Shown: in pieces, positions 1-8,683 of the stretch | How the letters are laid out: each line of letters opens with the position of its first letter | How positions within the stretch are numbered: the first letter of the stretch is position 1 | Source: an uncultured Mageeibacillus sp. | Lineage (GTDB): Bacteria > Bacillota > Clostridia > Saccharofermentanales > UBA5734 | Direction of reading: 5' to 3' | Assembly: GCA_964528645.1 (NCBI GenBank) | Contig: CAZGSR010000004.1 | Span: 3,523 to 67,522 of the forward strand | DNA: 64,000 nucleotides | The notes under the pieces: model-generated | Databases searched by the model: none | The model's input: the letters and a program-made list of their open reading frames with translations, nothing else | Told to the model about the DNA's origin: nothing | Made by a program: the position numbers and the translations under genes

Positions 1-2566
1 TGGTGGCACTGAGCTGAGAATGGCCCTTGCAGGTGCTCCAGAGGTTGCTCTTACGGTCAAGGCATTCATCGATCAATGGCAGCAAACCACACTGGAGCAG
101 GAACGCCTCGATCTGGCAGCCTCTTTGCGGTCGGACGTACTGCCAGATGTGGACTGGCTTTTTGAGCAGCGGCAGATGTGTACGGACATCATCCACAACA
201 TGCCGGCTCTGAAAACCTGGATGAACTACCGCAGTGTAGCGGATGAGGCAGCAACATCTGGAATCAAGGTGGTGGTCCAGGCTTATGAGTCCGGTCTCGA
301 GCATGATCGTGTCCTCCCTGCCTATCAGAAGGCCGTCTACCAGGCCCTGATCATCACCACCATCGAAAGCGAAGAGAGCTTGAACCGGTTCTCCGGACCG
401 GTCTTCAATAAAAAAATCGAGCAGTATAAAAAAATCGACACCGAGCTTACTGAGATAACCCGGCAAGAGATCTATTGCCGGTTGGCGGCCAAAGTACCTG
501 ATTTCACCACCGAAGCGGCAAACAGTTCAGAACTGGGCATTCTGCAGCGAGCCATCCGCAGCAGCGGCCGTGGTATGAGCATCCGCCACCTTTTCGAACG
601 GATCCCCAATTTGCTACCCCGCCTGTGCCCGTGCATGCTGATGAGCCCCATTTCTGCCGCCCAATATCTGGATCCCAAGCGAGCACCGTTTGATCTGGTC
701 ATATTTGATGAGGCATCCCAGATTCCGACCAGCAAAGCGGTCGGAGCCCTGGCTCGTGGCCGGGAAGCCATCATTGTTGGTGACCCGAAGCAGATGCCGC
801 CAACCAGCTTTTTCATGGGCAGCAACATGGATGAGGAGCATTTCGAAGCTGAAGATCTCGAAAGCATCCTCGACGACTGTCTGGCTCTCAGTTTCCCCGA
901 GTCGCACCTGCTCTGGCATTATCGCAGCCGCCATGAGAGCTTGATTGCCTTTTCCAACAGCCAGTTCTACGAGAACAAATTATTCACCTTCCCTTCTGTC
1001 AATGATCGCGCATCGAAACTATCCTTTGTTCCGGTTGAAGGCTGTTTCGACCGCGGCAAATCGAGGCAGAACCGGGCCGAAGCAGAAGCGGTTGTAGCTG
1101 AACTCATCCGGCGGTTTGAGACCACAGGTGCACAAGCAAAAAGCATCGGTGTGATCACGTTCAACATCAACCAGCAGAACCTGATCGATGACCTGTTTAC
1201 GGAGGCTTGTGCCAGTAATCCTGCACTGGAAGCCTGGGCTTATGACGGCGCAGAGCCGTTGTTCATCAAGAACCTGGAAAACGTCCAAGGCGACGAGCGT
1301 GACATCATTTTGTTCTCGATCGGATTTGGCGCGGATAGAGACGGCAAAGTTTTCATGAATTTTGGTCCTCTCAACCGGGAAGGTGGCTGGCGGCGGCTCA
1401 ATGTCGCTGTATCCCGGGCCCGGAACGAAATGATGGTCTTCTCTTCACTCCAGCCCGATCAGATCAATTTATCCAAAACCAGTGCTCAGGGTGTCAGTGC
1501 CCTGAAGTCGTTTCTCGACTATGCCCGCAGTGGTATCCTGCCGGTCACCGAGCAAGTCAGTCAGTCAGTCAAATCCAGCACGACCGGCACCATCAGGAAT
1601 GTCTGCCTGGCGTTGCAGCAGGCGGGCTATCAAACAGACGTTGCGATCGGCCAGTCCAAATACCGGATCGACATCGGTGTCATTGATCCTGCCAATCCGG
1701 ACAGTTACCTGCTGGGCATCCTCTTGGATGGCGAGAGTTACGGTCAGGCCAAGTCAACCCGCGACCGCGAGATCGCACAGCTCAAAGTACTATCTGGCCT
1801 GGGCTGGACCATCCATCGGATCTGGTCAATGGACTGGTGGGACAACAAGGAGCAGGAAATCACAGCCATCCTGGCTAAGCTGGAGAATCTGATCCAGCAA
1901 CGGACTACGGCCGCAAAGGATGTCTTGATCCAATCGTCTGCCAGCACCAGTCAATGGAACATGCAGCCTCCCAAAGCTGAAAAAACGGGGCGATCAGTCA
2001 CTAATTATCAAACAACCACCTTGAGCCATCCAGCGATGACTCCCGAAGACTATCTCAGTCCTGCTACAACGAAACAGATCCGTCAAGCCTTCAAATCTGT
2101 TATCGATACCGAAGCTCCTATTTCGGAAACCCTGCTGATTCGTCGGGTGTTGCAAAGCTTTGGCATCTCACGGGCAGGCAGCAGAATCCAAAGTAAAAAC
2201 CAGGCCATCCTGAATCAGCTAAACTACCCATGCACCATCCAGGGCGACTCGACCTTCTACTGGCGTCCAGACCAGAATCCAGTAACCTATGCCGAATTTC
2301 GGTCCGTGGGCGGTGGCAGCGACATCCGGGAGGCCCGTGATGTCCCCTTTGAAGAAGTCGCTGTCGCAATCCGCCAAGTTCTGGAAGATCAGATCGGACT
2401 GCCAGAAGATGACCTGATCCGCGAAACAGCCAAGAAATTAGGGTATTCACGCAGTGGCAACCAGGTGATCGCCATGGTCCGTGGAGGTATCCAGATCGCC
2501 CTGGTAAAAGGATCCATCACTAAAGACGACCGGGGTCACTACATCATTCACCAGTCTTCCATCTGA
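1..2566 (+). CDS. C-terminal ~850 aa of a very large SF1 (Upf1-like) helicase-related protein with an endonuclease-like block and a DUF3320-type tail; the 5' end lies outside the window
   Basis: The frame of ORF 20..2566 stays open back to base 2. SF1 motifs are present: FDLVIFDEASQ, VGDPKQMPPTSFF, HYRSRHESLIAFSN, QGDERDIILFS, NVAVSRAR. These are followed by YRIDIGV...HRIWSMDWW (restriction-endonuclease-like) and a long C-terminal region. Confidence 0.8.
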   Translation, partial: GGTELRMALAGAPEVALTVKAFIDQWQQTTLEQERLDLAASLRSDVLPDVDWLFEQRQMCTDIIHNMPALKTWMNYRSVADEAATSGIKVVVQAYESGLEHDRVLPAYQKAVYQALIITTIESEESLNRFSGPVFNKKIEQYKKIDTELTEITRQEIYCRLAAKVPDFTTEAANSSELGILQRAIRSSGRGMSIRHLFERIPNLLPRLCPCMLMSPISAAQYLDPKRAPFDLVIFDEASQIPTSKAVGALARGREAIIVGDPKQMPPTSFFMGSNMDEEHFEAEDLESILDDCLALSFPESHLLWHYRSRHESLIAFSNSQFYENKLFTFPSVNDRASKLSFVPVEGCFDRGKSRQNRAEAEAVVAELIRRFETTGAQAKSIGVITFNINQQNLIDDLFTEACASNPALEAWAYDGAEPLFIKNLENVQGDERDIILFSIGFGADRDGKVFMNFGPLNREGGWRRLNVAVSRARNEMMVFSSLQPDQINLSKTSAQGVSALKSFLDYARSGILPVTEQVSQSVKSSTTGTIRNVCLALQQAGYQTDVAIGQSKYRIDIGVIDPANPDSYLLGILLDGESYGQAKSTRDREIAQLKVLSGLGWTIHRIWSMDWWDNKEQEITAILAKLENLIQQRTTAAKDVLIQSSASTSQWNMQPPKAEKTGRSVTNYQTTTLSHPAMTPEDYLSPATTKQIRQAFKSVIDTEAPISETLLIRRVLQSFGISRAGSRIQSKNQAILNQLNYPCTIQGDSTFYWRPDQNPVTYAEFRSVGGGSDIREARDVPFEEVAVAIRQVLEDQIGLPEDDLIRETAKKLGYSRSGNQVIAMVRGGIQIALVKGSITKDDRGHYIIHQSSI

Positions 2567-2577
2567 CCCCCCTCCCC

Positions 2578-2841
2578 TCATACCTCGACCCACCAGCGCT
2601 GGTCGTAGACCAGGACGAAATCGCGGTGGTCAGAGCGGATGACATACCGCATGCCACTCTCCTCGTCGTAGTCTTTCCTGGCCTTGATCGGCTGGGCAGA
2701 GAGGATCCGTTTGACCGGGATCCGCTGGTCCTGGGCAATCACCTCGAGCGGTCTGAACTGCCCCTCATACACCTCGGCAATGACCCTGACTCCTATCCGT
2801 TCCACATCACGCACCTGCCTCTCAAATCGGACTTGAACCAC
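2578..2841 (-). CDS. Small hypothetical protein (87 aa, no TM segment), probably SOS-regulated
   Basis: The ORF has a GTG start 13 nt downstream of a consensus -10, so it is near-leaderless. It converges on the helicase stop. The C-terminal pattern MRYVIRSDHRDFVLVYDQRWWVEV looks like a small beta-rich domain that I cannot place. Confidence 0.4.
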   Translation of the reverse strand: MVQVRFERQVRDVERIGVRVIAEVYEGQFRPLEVIAQDQRIPVKRILSAQPIKARKDYDEESGMRYVIRSDHRDFVLVYDQRWWVEV

Positions 2842-2854
2842 CGTTGTGAGATTG

Positions 2855-2882
2855 ATTATAGAACATTTGTTCTCTTTTTCAA
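2855..2882 (-). promoter_or_regulatory. Sigma-A type promoter TTGAAA-16-TATAAT with a LexA (Cheo) box GAACAAATGTTC filling the spacer
   Basis: On the minus strand the sequence reads cacTTGAAAaagaGAACAAATGTTCTATAATcaatctcacaacgGTG. The box occupies plus coordinates 2861-2872 and matches the Firmicutes LexA consensus GAAC-N4-GTTC. It abuts the -10 element. Confidence 0.6.
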
Positions 2883-2926
2883 GTGTCCCGGGCTACCAAA
2901 CAGCGCTTGTATAAATTGCAGAATAA

Positions 2927-3244
2927 TCAAATGTCAATGCTTTTTCTAAGGCATGCCTGCAGGCTATCGACTTTAAAGCTGGCACGATCAACCTCTATAT
3001 TGCGCTGGACTTCGCGCCTCTGGAGTATAAACCGGGCGATGTCCGGATCCTGATCGATAACAACGAGGAGATGCGGATCAGCCGCATCGAGCGCTTCGAG
3101 GAGGGTCGTTTTACCCTATCTTCAATCGTCGGATCTGACTTTTTCGATCCAAAAGGCAATATCCGCTATTTGGACACCAAACCGGGGTCTGGTGGATTGT
3201 CTGATTTTGAAGCCAAACTTATTGCCATTTATGAGGAGGCTTGA
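2927..3244 (+). pseudogene. 5'-truncated remnant (about 105 codons, no usable start) of the gene upstream of mcrC; presumably the C-terminus of an McrB-like AAA+ GTPase
   Basis: Frame 2 is open from the TAA at 2924-2926 to the TGA at 3242-3244. It reads ...DFKAGTINLYIALDFAPLEYKPGDVRILIDNNEEMRISRIERFEEGRFTLSSIVGSDFFDPKGNIRYLDTKPGSGGLSDFEAKLIAIYEEA*. There is no ATG, GTG or TTG before codon 49. The stop lies 3 nt before the mcrC ATG, which is operon-style coupling. Sequence upstream of 2927 switches to AT-rich promoter DNA. The McrB identity is inferred from context only. Confidence 0.4.
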
Positions 3245-3247
3245 TGG

Positions 3248-4525
3248 ATGGGTCACCTCCGGACGATCCGAATTTTTGAAGATACCGCAATCAATTTAGC
3301 ACTGTCAGATCAGGAAATTCGCGATATTCTGGCGTTGCGTTCCGTTATTGGTGATCACGCTGTCAATTTACAGGCCGACGGTCGGCTTCTGATGAGTCAT
3401 TACGTTGGATTTGCTCAGATCAATCGTACACGTCTCTTGATTTACCCGAAATATGCCCGTGCGATCGATCATGAAGAGGGCTGGAATCAGTCCTTCGATA
3501 TCTTGCTCAAATTACTGCTGGAGACTGGCTTTCTAGGGGTCAAACAACTTCCTACGGCCCAGGAGATGGCACAATGCCAAGGTGATATCCTGGAAATTCT
3601 CATTTCACTGTTTATCAAGGAACTTCTGCGTCTATTTCAACGTGACGTCAACCGAGGTTATCAAGACACTCATTCTAATGAACCCTTTGTCCGCGGCAAA
3701 ATCGATTTTGCCAACCATATCCGGCACAACAGCTATCGAAAACACATCCATGCATTGATCTACGAACACTTCACTGAAAACATCCTGATGAACCAGATAT
3801 TCAAATCGGTTCTGCTCCAGTTAGGGCAAATCTCCCGCTTGCGTGAGAACCGGATTCGCATCGGTCAGGCCTTGATCTGGCTGGAAGACATCGAAACGAT
3901 CACCCTGACCGATACGATCTGGGATCAGGTTGTGTTCACCAGATTGAATCATCCGTATCAGGTGCCTTTTCGCATGGCTCGTATGTTTTATCAGAATGCA
4001 TCGATCATTTTGAACAGTGGAGATTCCCAGTCGCTGAGTTTCCTTGTCCCGCTCAACCGGTTATTTGAGCAATATGTGTATAAAATTATTAAAGAGGCAG
4101 CAAGTCCTCTGGACCGCGTTGTGTATCAAGGACCTGTCGATTATCTGGCCTTTTATGGAGATAAACCTGCGTTTCAATTGCGTCCGGACATCAGCGTGAT
4201 CCGCCAGAATCAGGTGTACCAGATCTTCGATGCCAAGTATAAAGAGATCGCGTTTGTTGATCAAATACCAAAAATTGCGATGGGCGATCTCTACCAGATG
4301 CTGGCCTATAGCGTCCGATACGATTGTGCATTGATCACCTTAGTTTACCCGGCCATGATGGGGCAAACTTGCGACGAACTCATGGTATCAAGTTTATCTG
4401 TCCCTATACAGGGGGAAAATCTGACAATTCGGATCGTGCTCATCGATTTGCAGCAGGAGATTATTCAGACAGTCCACAAGTGGCGAGATAGGCTCGAGCA
4501 GGAGCACAACTGTCATCCAGTCTGA
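3248..4525 (+). CDS. mcrC: McrC-like subunit of a McrBC-type modification-dependent restriction system (PD-(D/E)xK nuclease)
   Basis: 425 aa. The C-terminal nuclease core reads LRPDISVIRQNQVYQIFDAKYKEI...MGDLYQMLAYSVRYDCALITLVYPA, which fits the McrC pattern PD...D-x-K-Y-K...DLYQM-x-AY. Confidence 0.7.
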   Translation: MGHLRTIRIFEDTAINLALSDQEIRDILALRSVIGDHAVNLQADGRLLMSHYVGFAQINRTRLLIYPKYARAIDHEEGWNQSFDILLKLLLETGFLGVKQLPTAQEMAQCQGDILEILISLFIKELLRLFQRDVNRGYQDTHSNEPFVRGKIDFANHIRHNSYRKHIHALIYEHFTENILMNQIFKSVLLQLGQISRLRENRIRIGQALIWLEDIETITLTDTIWDQVVFTRLNHPYQVPFRMARMFYQNASIILNSGDSQSLSFLVPLNRLFEQYVYKIIKEAASPLDRVVYQGPVDYLAFYGDKPAFQLRPDISVIRQNQVYQIFDAKYKEIAFVDQIPKIAMGDLYQMLAYSVRYDCALITLVYPAMMGQTCDELMVSSLSVPIQGENLTIRIVLIDLQQEIIQTVHKWRDRLEQEHNCHPV

Positions 4526-4551
4526 CCATTTTCGTGGCGCCACGAAAATGG
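4526..4551. terminator. Perfect 26-bp palindrome (hairpin) directly after the mcrC stop; possible terminator or protein-binding site
   Basis: CCATTTTCGTGGCGCCACGAAAATGG is its own reverse complement. Only TT follows it, so it is not a canonical intrinsic terminator. Confidence 0.35.
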
Positions 4552-4620
4552 TTACCTGGCTCATAACCAGTAGTCGTACAAGAATCAATAGAAGTATCCA
4601 TCCCCTCAGGAGGCACACCC

Positions 4621-5508
4621 ATGCTCGGAGCCATCATCGGAGACATCGTTGGATCACGGTTTGAGTTTCACAATCACCGCAGCAAGGATTTTACTCTGTT
4701 TATGCCAGAATGCTTCGTGACGGATGACAGCATCATGACGCTGGCGGTGGCGCAGGCGCTGATGGACACCGCAGTGGCGCTCGAGGTGCTCTCCCCTGCT
4801 GGCCCAGTTGACGCTGATGCGGGAGCTGCGGGCGACGCCAATCGACCTGCTACCACAGCAGTGACCTGGACCGATGATACACTCCAGCTGTTGTCGCAGA
4901 ACACGATCCGGGCGATGCAGCGGATCGGCCGCCAGTACCCGGACTGCGGTTATGGTGGCCGGTTTGCGATCTGGATGTTCGATGACCAGCCGCTACCGTA
5001 TCACAGCTTTGGCAATGGGGCGGCGATGCGGATCAGCCCGGTTGGCCTTTTCGCCCGGACTGAGGATGAGGTGAGGCGGCTGTCACATGCGGTCACGGCG
5101 GTCACGCATAACCACCCGGAAGGTCTGAAAGGGGCGGAGGCGACGGCTATGGCTATTTTCCTGGCGCGGCAGAGGCGGTCGAAAGACGAGATCCGGCAGC
5201 GGATAGCCGCCGATTATTACCCGCTCGATTTCACGATCGACCAGATCCGGCCAACATACCGATTCAACGAAACCTGCCAGGGGACGGTGCCTCAGGCGAT
5301 CAAAGCCTTCCTGGAGTCGGAGTCATTTGAAGATGCGATCCGGACGGCGATCTCGGTCGGCGGCGATAGCGACACGCTGGCCGCGATCACCGGTGCGATC
5401 GCCGAAGCCTGCTATGGCGTACCGGACGCATTCCGCAACCAGGCGCTCGGGTATCTGGACGCGCGACTGCGGGCGATTATGGATGCGTGGGATTTGCAAT
5501 TTCCTTAA
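4621..5508 (+). CDS. ADP-ribosylglycohydrolase family protein
   Basis: The N-terminus MLGAIIGDIVGSRFEF and the later GGDSDTLAAITGAIAEA are typical ARH-fold metal-binding motifs. AGGAGG lies 7 nt upstream of the ATG. There is a low-complexity A/G/D/P insert at residues ~55-85. Confidence 0.85.
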   Translation: MLGAIIGDIVGSRFEFHNHRSKDFTLFMPECFVTDDSIMTLAVAQALMDTAVALEVLSPAGPVDADAGAAGDANRPATTAVTWTDDTLQLLSQNTIRAMQRIGRQYPDCGYGGRFAIWMFDDQPLPYHSFGNGAAMRISPVGLFARTEDEVRRLSHAVTAVTHNHPEGLKGAEATAMAIFLARQRRSKDEIRQRIAADYYPLDFTIDQIRPTYRFNETCQGTVPQAIKAFLESESFEDAIRTAISVGGDSDTLAAITGAIAEACYGVPDAFRNQALGYLDARLRAIMDAWDLQFP

Positions 5509-5515
5509 GTGAAGC

Positions 5516-8140
5516 TTGGCACCACATGGTACACTTGACGTATTAGATACCAATTTCCGTTTGGGTAACGTGGCACCCCCGGAGGCACTTATGGGCATCA
5601 ATGACAAGGTCAGCACAGGACATCCTGGTTTTGATGAGGTGATCGACCGGCTGCGGCTGGGGGACAATGTGGTCTGGCAGGTGGATTCGCCGGAGGATTA
5701 CCGCCGGATGGTGACGCCCTATGTCGAGCAAGCGATCCGCGACCAACGCCAGCTGCTGTATGTGCGCTTTGGCAGCCATGCGCCGCTTCTTCAAGAGCAC
5801 CCGGCGGTCCAGGTACACGAGCTCGATGCCAGCAAGGGCTTCGAGAGTTTCGCCACTGAGGTCCACAACCTGGTCACGGAGGCCGGGAAAAAGGCGTTCT
5901 ATGTCTTTGACTGTCTGACGGACCTGCTGAAGGACTGGCATTCGGACCTGATGATCGGCAATTTCTTCAAAGTCACCTGCCCGTATCTCTACGAATTGGA
6001 CACGGTGGCCTATTTTGCGGTCATCCGTGATGTCACAACGTTTGCCACGATCGCCGGGATCCGCGAAACGACCCAGCTGCTCTTAGACCTCTACCAGGTC
6101 AACGGCAAACTCTACATCCATCCGCTCAAGGTCTGGCAGCGCTATTCGCCGACGATGTTCTTCCCGCACCTGATCCAGGACCAGGATGCGATCTGTATGA
6201 CAGCCAGTTCCGAGGTGGCTGAGCTTTTCGGCAGCATCCGGCGTGGTGCCAACCGGCCGGATCACTGGGATGTTGTCTTTGACAAAGCCCGCGAGGCTTT
6301 GTCAGAATCGCAGGCCGAGCAACAGCTGGTCAAACGCCAGCTCATGACGATGCTGATCGGCGGCCAGTCGCGGATGTTCGAGCTCTGCGACCGTTATTTC
6401 ACGCTCCAGGACATTCTGACGATCGGCTCGCGCGAGGTGGGCACCGGATTCATCGGTGGCAAGAGCATCGGCATGCTGATCGCGCGCAAAATCCTCGAAA
6501 CGGAGGGCGGCGAACGGATGCTGTCTGATCTCGAGCCGCATGATTCGTTCTATGTTGGTTCGGATGTCTTCTACACCTACATCGTGCAGAATGGCTGGTG
6601 GCGGCTGCGCACCCGGCAGAAAACCGGAGAAGGCTATTACCAACTGGCGCCCGAGCTGAGGGAAAAACTTCTGACCGGCCGTTTCCCAAAAGACATCCAG
6701 GAGCAATTCGTCCAGTTGCTGGAGTATTTCGGCCAGTCGCCGATCATCGTCCGCTCCAGCTCTCTGCTCGAGGATAATTTTGGCAATGCATTCGCCGGAA
6801 AATACGAGAGCGTGTTCTGTGCCAACCAGGGCACACCGGAAGAGCGCTATGAGGCGTTTGAGCAGGCGATCCGTGATGTCTATGCCAGCATGATGAATGA
6901 CGATGCGCTCGACTACCGGATGGACCGCGGTCTGGTCGACAAGGATGAGCAGATGGCCATCCTGGTCCAGCGCGTGTCCGGCGACCAGCACGGCGAGGCC
7001 TTTTTCCCCCACGTAGCTGGCGTTGGCAACTCGTCCAATCTCTATGTCTGGGACAAAAGCATCGACATGTCCGCCGGTATGCTGCGCCTCGTCTTTGGCC
7101 TCGGCACGCGTGCGGTTGACCGCACGGCCGGCGACTATGCCCGGATCGTCTGCCTCGACGATCCGCTGCGGCTGCCACCGACGAGCGCCAGCGACCTGAG
7201 GAAGTATTCCCAGCATGGTGCGGACCTGATTTCGCTGCGGGAAAACCGCCTCGCGACCCAGGACCTGTCCGAGATTTTCGCCCAAGACATCAAAGTCGAC
7301 AAGGCGCTGTTCGCCAGCTACGACACCGAGACCGCCAACTGGCTGCGCGAACGCGGCATGACCGGCCAACCCACCCCCTATCTGTTCGATTTTAAAAAGC
7401 TGTTGGCGCAGACGGATTTTCCTGCGGTCATGAAAGAGATGCTGGCACTGCTGGAGCGGATCTATGAATACCCGGTGGATATTGAGTTCACGGCCAATTT
7501 CGGCCGCGACAGCCGCTTTAAAATCAACCTCCTGCAATGCCGTCCGCTGCAGACGCGCGGGCTCGGCCAGGCTGTGGCCATTCCGGACACAGATGATAGG
7601 GCAGACTGCCTGTTTGCGACCAGCGGCAATTTCATGGGGGGCAACACCCATCTGCGCTTTGATACCGTGATCATGGTCCGGCCTGAGACCTACAAGGCAC
7701 TCCCCGACCGGGACAAATACTCGATTGCGCGCCAGATCGGCCAGCTCAATACCAAGCTCAAGGGCCAGTCGGTCCTCCTCCTGGGCCCAGGCCGCTGGGG
7801 TACGACGACGCCTTCCCTGGGGGTTCCCGTTCACTTCTCGGAGCTCAGCCAGATGGCTGTGATCTGCGAAGTCTCCTCACCAGAGGCTGGTTTCATGCCT
7901 GAGCTTTCCTATGGCAGCCATTTTTTCCAGGACCTGGTCGAGGCGGGGATTTTCTACGTGGCCCTGTTTGCGGGCCAGCCGGATGTTGTGTATCAGCCGG
8001 ACAAAATCCTGCAGCGGGAAAACCGTCTGCTGGAGCTGTTGCCACAAAGCACAGCCTGGGCGGATGTCATCCATGTCGCCCAGGCTGAAGGAATCGAGTT
8101 ATTTGCTGATATCGTGACACAGCGCGTCCTGTGCCTCTGA
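5516..8140 (+). CDS. PEP/pyruvate-binding (PPDK_N, ATP-grasp) domain protein with an N-terminal KaiC/RecA-like domain lacking a Walker A
   Basis: 874 aa. The motif RSSSLLEDNFGNAFAGKYESV is the PPDK_N signature. The N-terminus GHPGFDEVIDRLRLGDNVVWQVDS resembles KaiC/RadA-type openings but has no GKT/S. The track start is TTG 5516, and Met at 5591 is an alternative start. Confidence 0.7.
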   Translation: MAPHGTLDVLDTNFRLGNVAPPEALMGINDKVSTGHPGFDEVIDRLRLGDNVVWQVDSPEDYRRMVTPYVEQAIRDQRQLLYVRFGSHAPLLQEHPAVQVHELDASKGFESFATEVHNLVTEAGKKAFYVFDCLTDLLKDWHSDLMIGNFFKVTCPYLYELDTVAYFAVIRDVTTFATIAGIRETTQLLLDLYQVNGKLYIHPLKVWQRYSPTMFFPHLIQDQDAICMTASSEVAELFGSIRRGANRPDHWDVVFDKAREALSESQAEQQLVKRQLMTMLIGGQSRMFELCDRYFTLQDILTIGSREVGTGFIGGKSIGMLIARKILETEGGERMLSDLEPHDSFYVGSDVFYTYIVQNGWWRLRTRQKTGEGYYQLAPELREKLLTGRFPKDIQEQFVQLLEYFGQSPIIVRSSSLLEDNFGNAFAGKYESVFCANQGTPEERYEAFEQAIRDVYASMMNDDALDYRMDRGLVDKDEQMAILVQRVSGDQHGEAFFPHVAGVGNSSNLYVWDKSIDMSAGMLRLVFGLGTRAVDRTAGDYARIVCLDDPLRLPPTSASDLRKYSQHGADLISLRENRLATQDLSEIFAQDIKVDKALFASYDTETANWLRERGMTGQPTPYLFDFKKLLAQTDFPAVMKEMLALLERIYEYPVDIEFTANFGRDSRFKINLLQCRPLQTRGLGQAVAIPDTDDRADCLFATSGNFMGGNTHLRFDTVIMVRPETYKALPDRDKYSIARQIGQLNTKLKGQSVLLLGPGRWGTTTPSLGVPVHFSELSQMAVICEVSSPEAGFMPELSYGSHFFQDLVEAGIFYVALFAGQPDVVYQPDKILQRENRLLELLPQSTAWADVIHVAQAEGIELFADIVTQRVLCL

Positions 8141-8147
8141 AAGAACC

Positions 8148-8600
8148 TTAATAGAAACTGTACATGATTTCTTCGAAGATTTCGGCGATGAAGCCGCCCG
8201 CGAGAATCGAGAAAATCAATCCGATCGCCGCCAGGATCAAGGCTGCCCGGGCGTAGTTTTTCTTGTTGAGATTGGCAGAACTGCCAAAGGCCCATTTGAA
8301 CAACAAGATGATATTCAGGATCGGGATGGCCAGCAAGAAGAACATACCGATGTACTGGCCGACCCCGAGTGGTGCATCCAGGGCAGCCATGGGGGCATAA
8401 GCCGGCTGGGCAGGTGCGGATGCATGGCTGTAGACCGGCTGGGCCTGGGGCGGTGGATTGTAAGCCGGTTGAGCCGGAGCGGGCGGTGGTGTGTTAGCTG
8501 GCTGAGCTGGAGCAGCCTGAGTGCGCCCGGTCGTCGCGCCGCAGGCGGTGCAGAATTTGGCATTGTCAGGTAGCTGGTTACCGCAACTTTCACAAAACAT
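8148..8600 (-). CDS. Zinc-ribbon domain membrane protein with a Pro/Ala/Gln-rich linker
   Basis: The sequence MFCESCGNQLPDNAKFCTACG forms the zinc ribbon. A P/A/Q-rich stretch follows, then two hydrophobic helices. AAAGGAG RBS is present. Confidence 0.6.
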   Translation of the reverse strand: MFCESCGNQLPDNAKFCTACGATTGRTQAAPAQPANTPPPAPAQPAYNPPPQAQPVYSHASAPAQPAYAPMAALDAPLGVGQYIGMFFLLAIPILNIILLFKWAFGSSANLNKKNYARAALILAAIGLIFSILAGGFIAEIFEEIMYSFY

Positions 8601-8683
8601 CGTTCAGATCTCCTTTTTGCTTGTATATGTGATGCCAGAAATCGGCTATCCAAGATGTGTCTGCCTCTAGAGTATCAATCCAT

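Noticed and set aside
2626-2949. A 107-aa plus-strand ORF between the helicase and the mcrB stub.
   Set aside because: It is antisense to the SOS-promoter-driven small ORF and runs across that promoter. It has no RBS and no motifs. The choice between the two strands is not certain, but the promoter and LexA box favour the minus-strand ORF.
6302-7834. A 510-aa minus-strand ORF antisense to the PEP-binding protein gene. Similar long antisense ORFs are 15264..16367 +, 23680..24699 +, 39342..40259 +, 40669..41691 +, 41773..42762 +, 45759..47153 + and 48455..49546 +.
   Set aside because: This is the typical GC-rich antisense artefact. The sequences are Arg/Ala/Gly/Asp-rich with no recognisable motifs. 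Each lies opposite a gene with strong family signatures.
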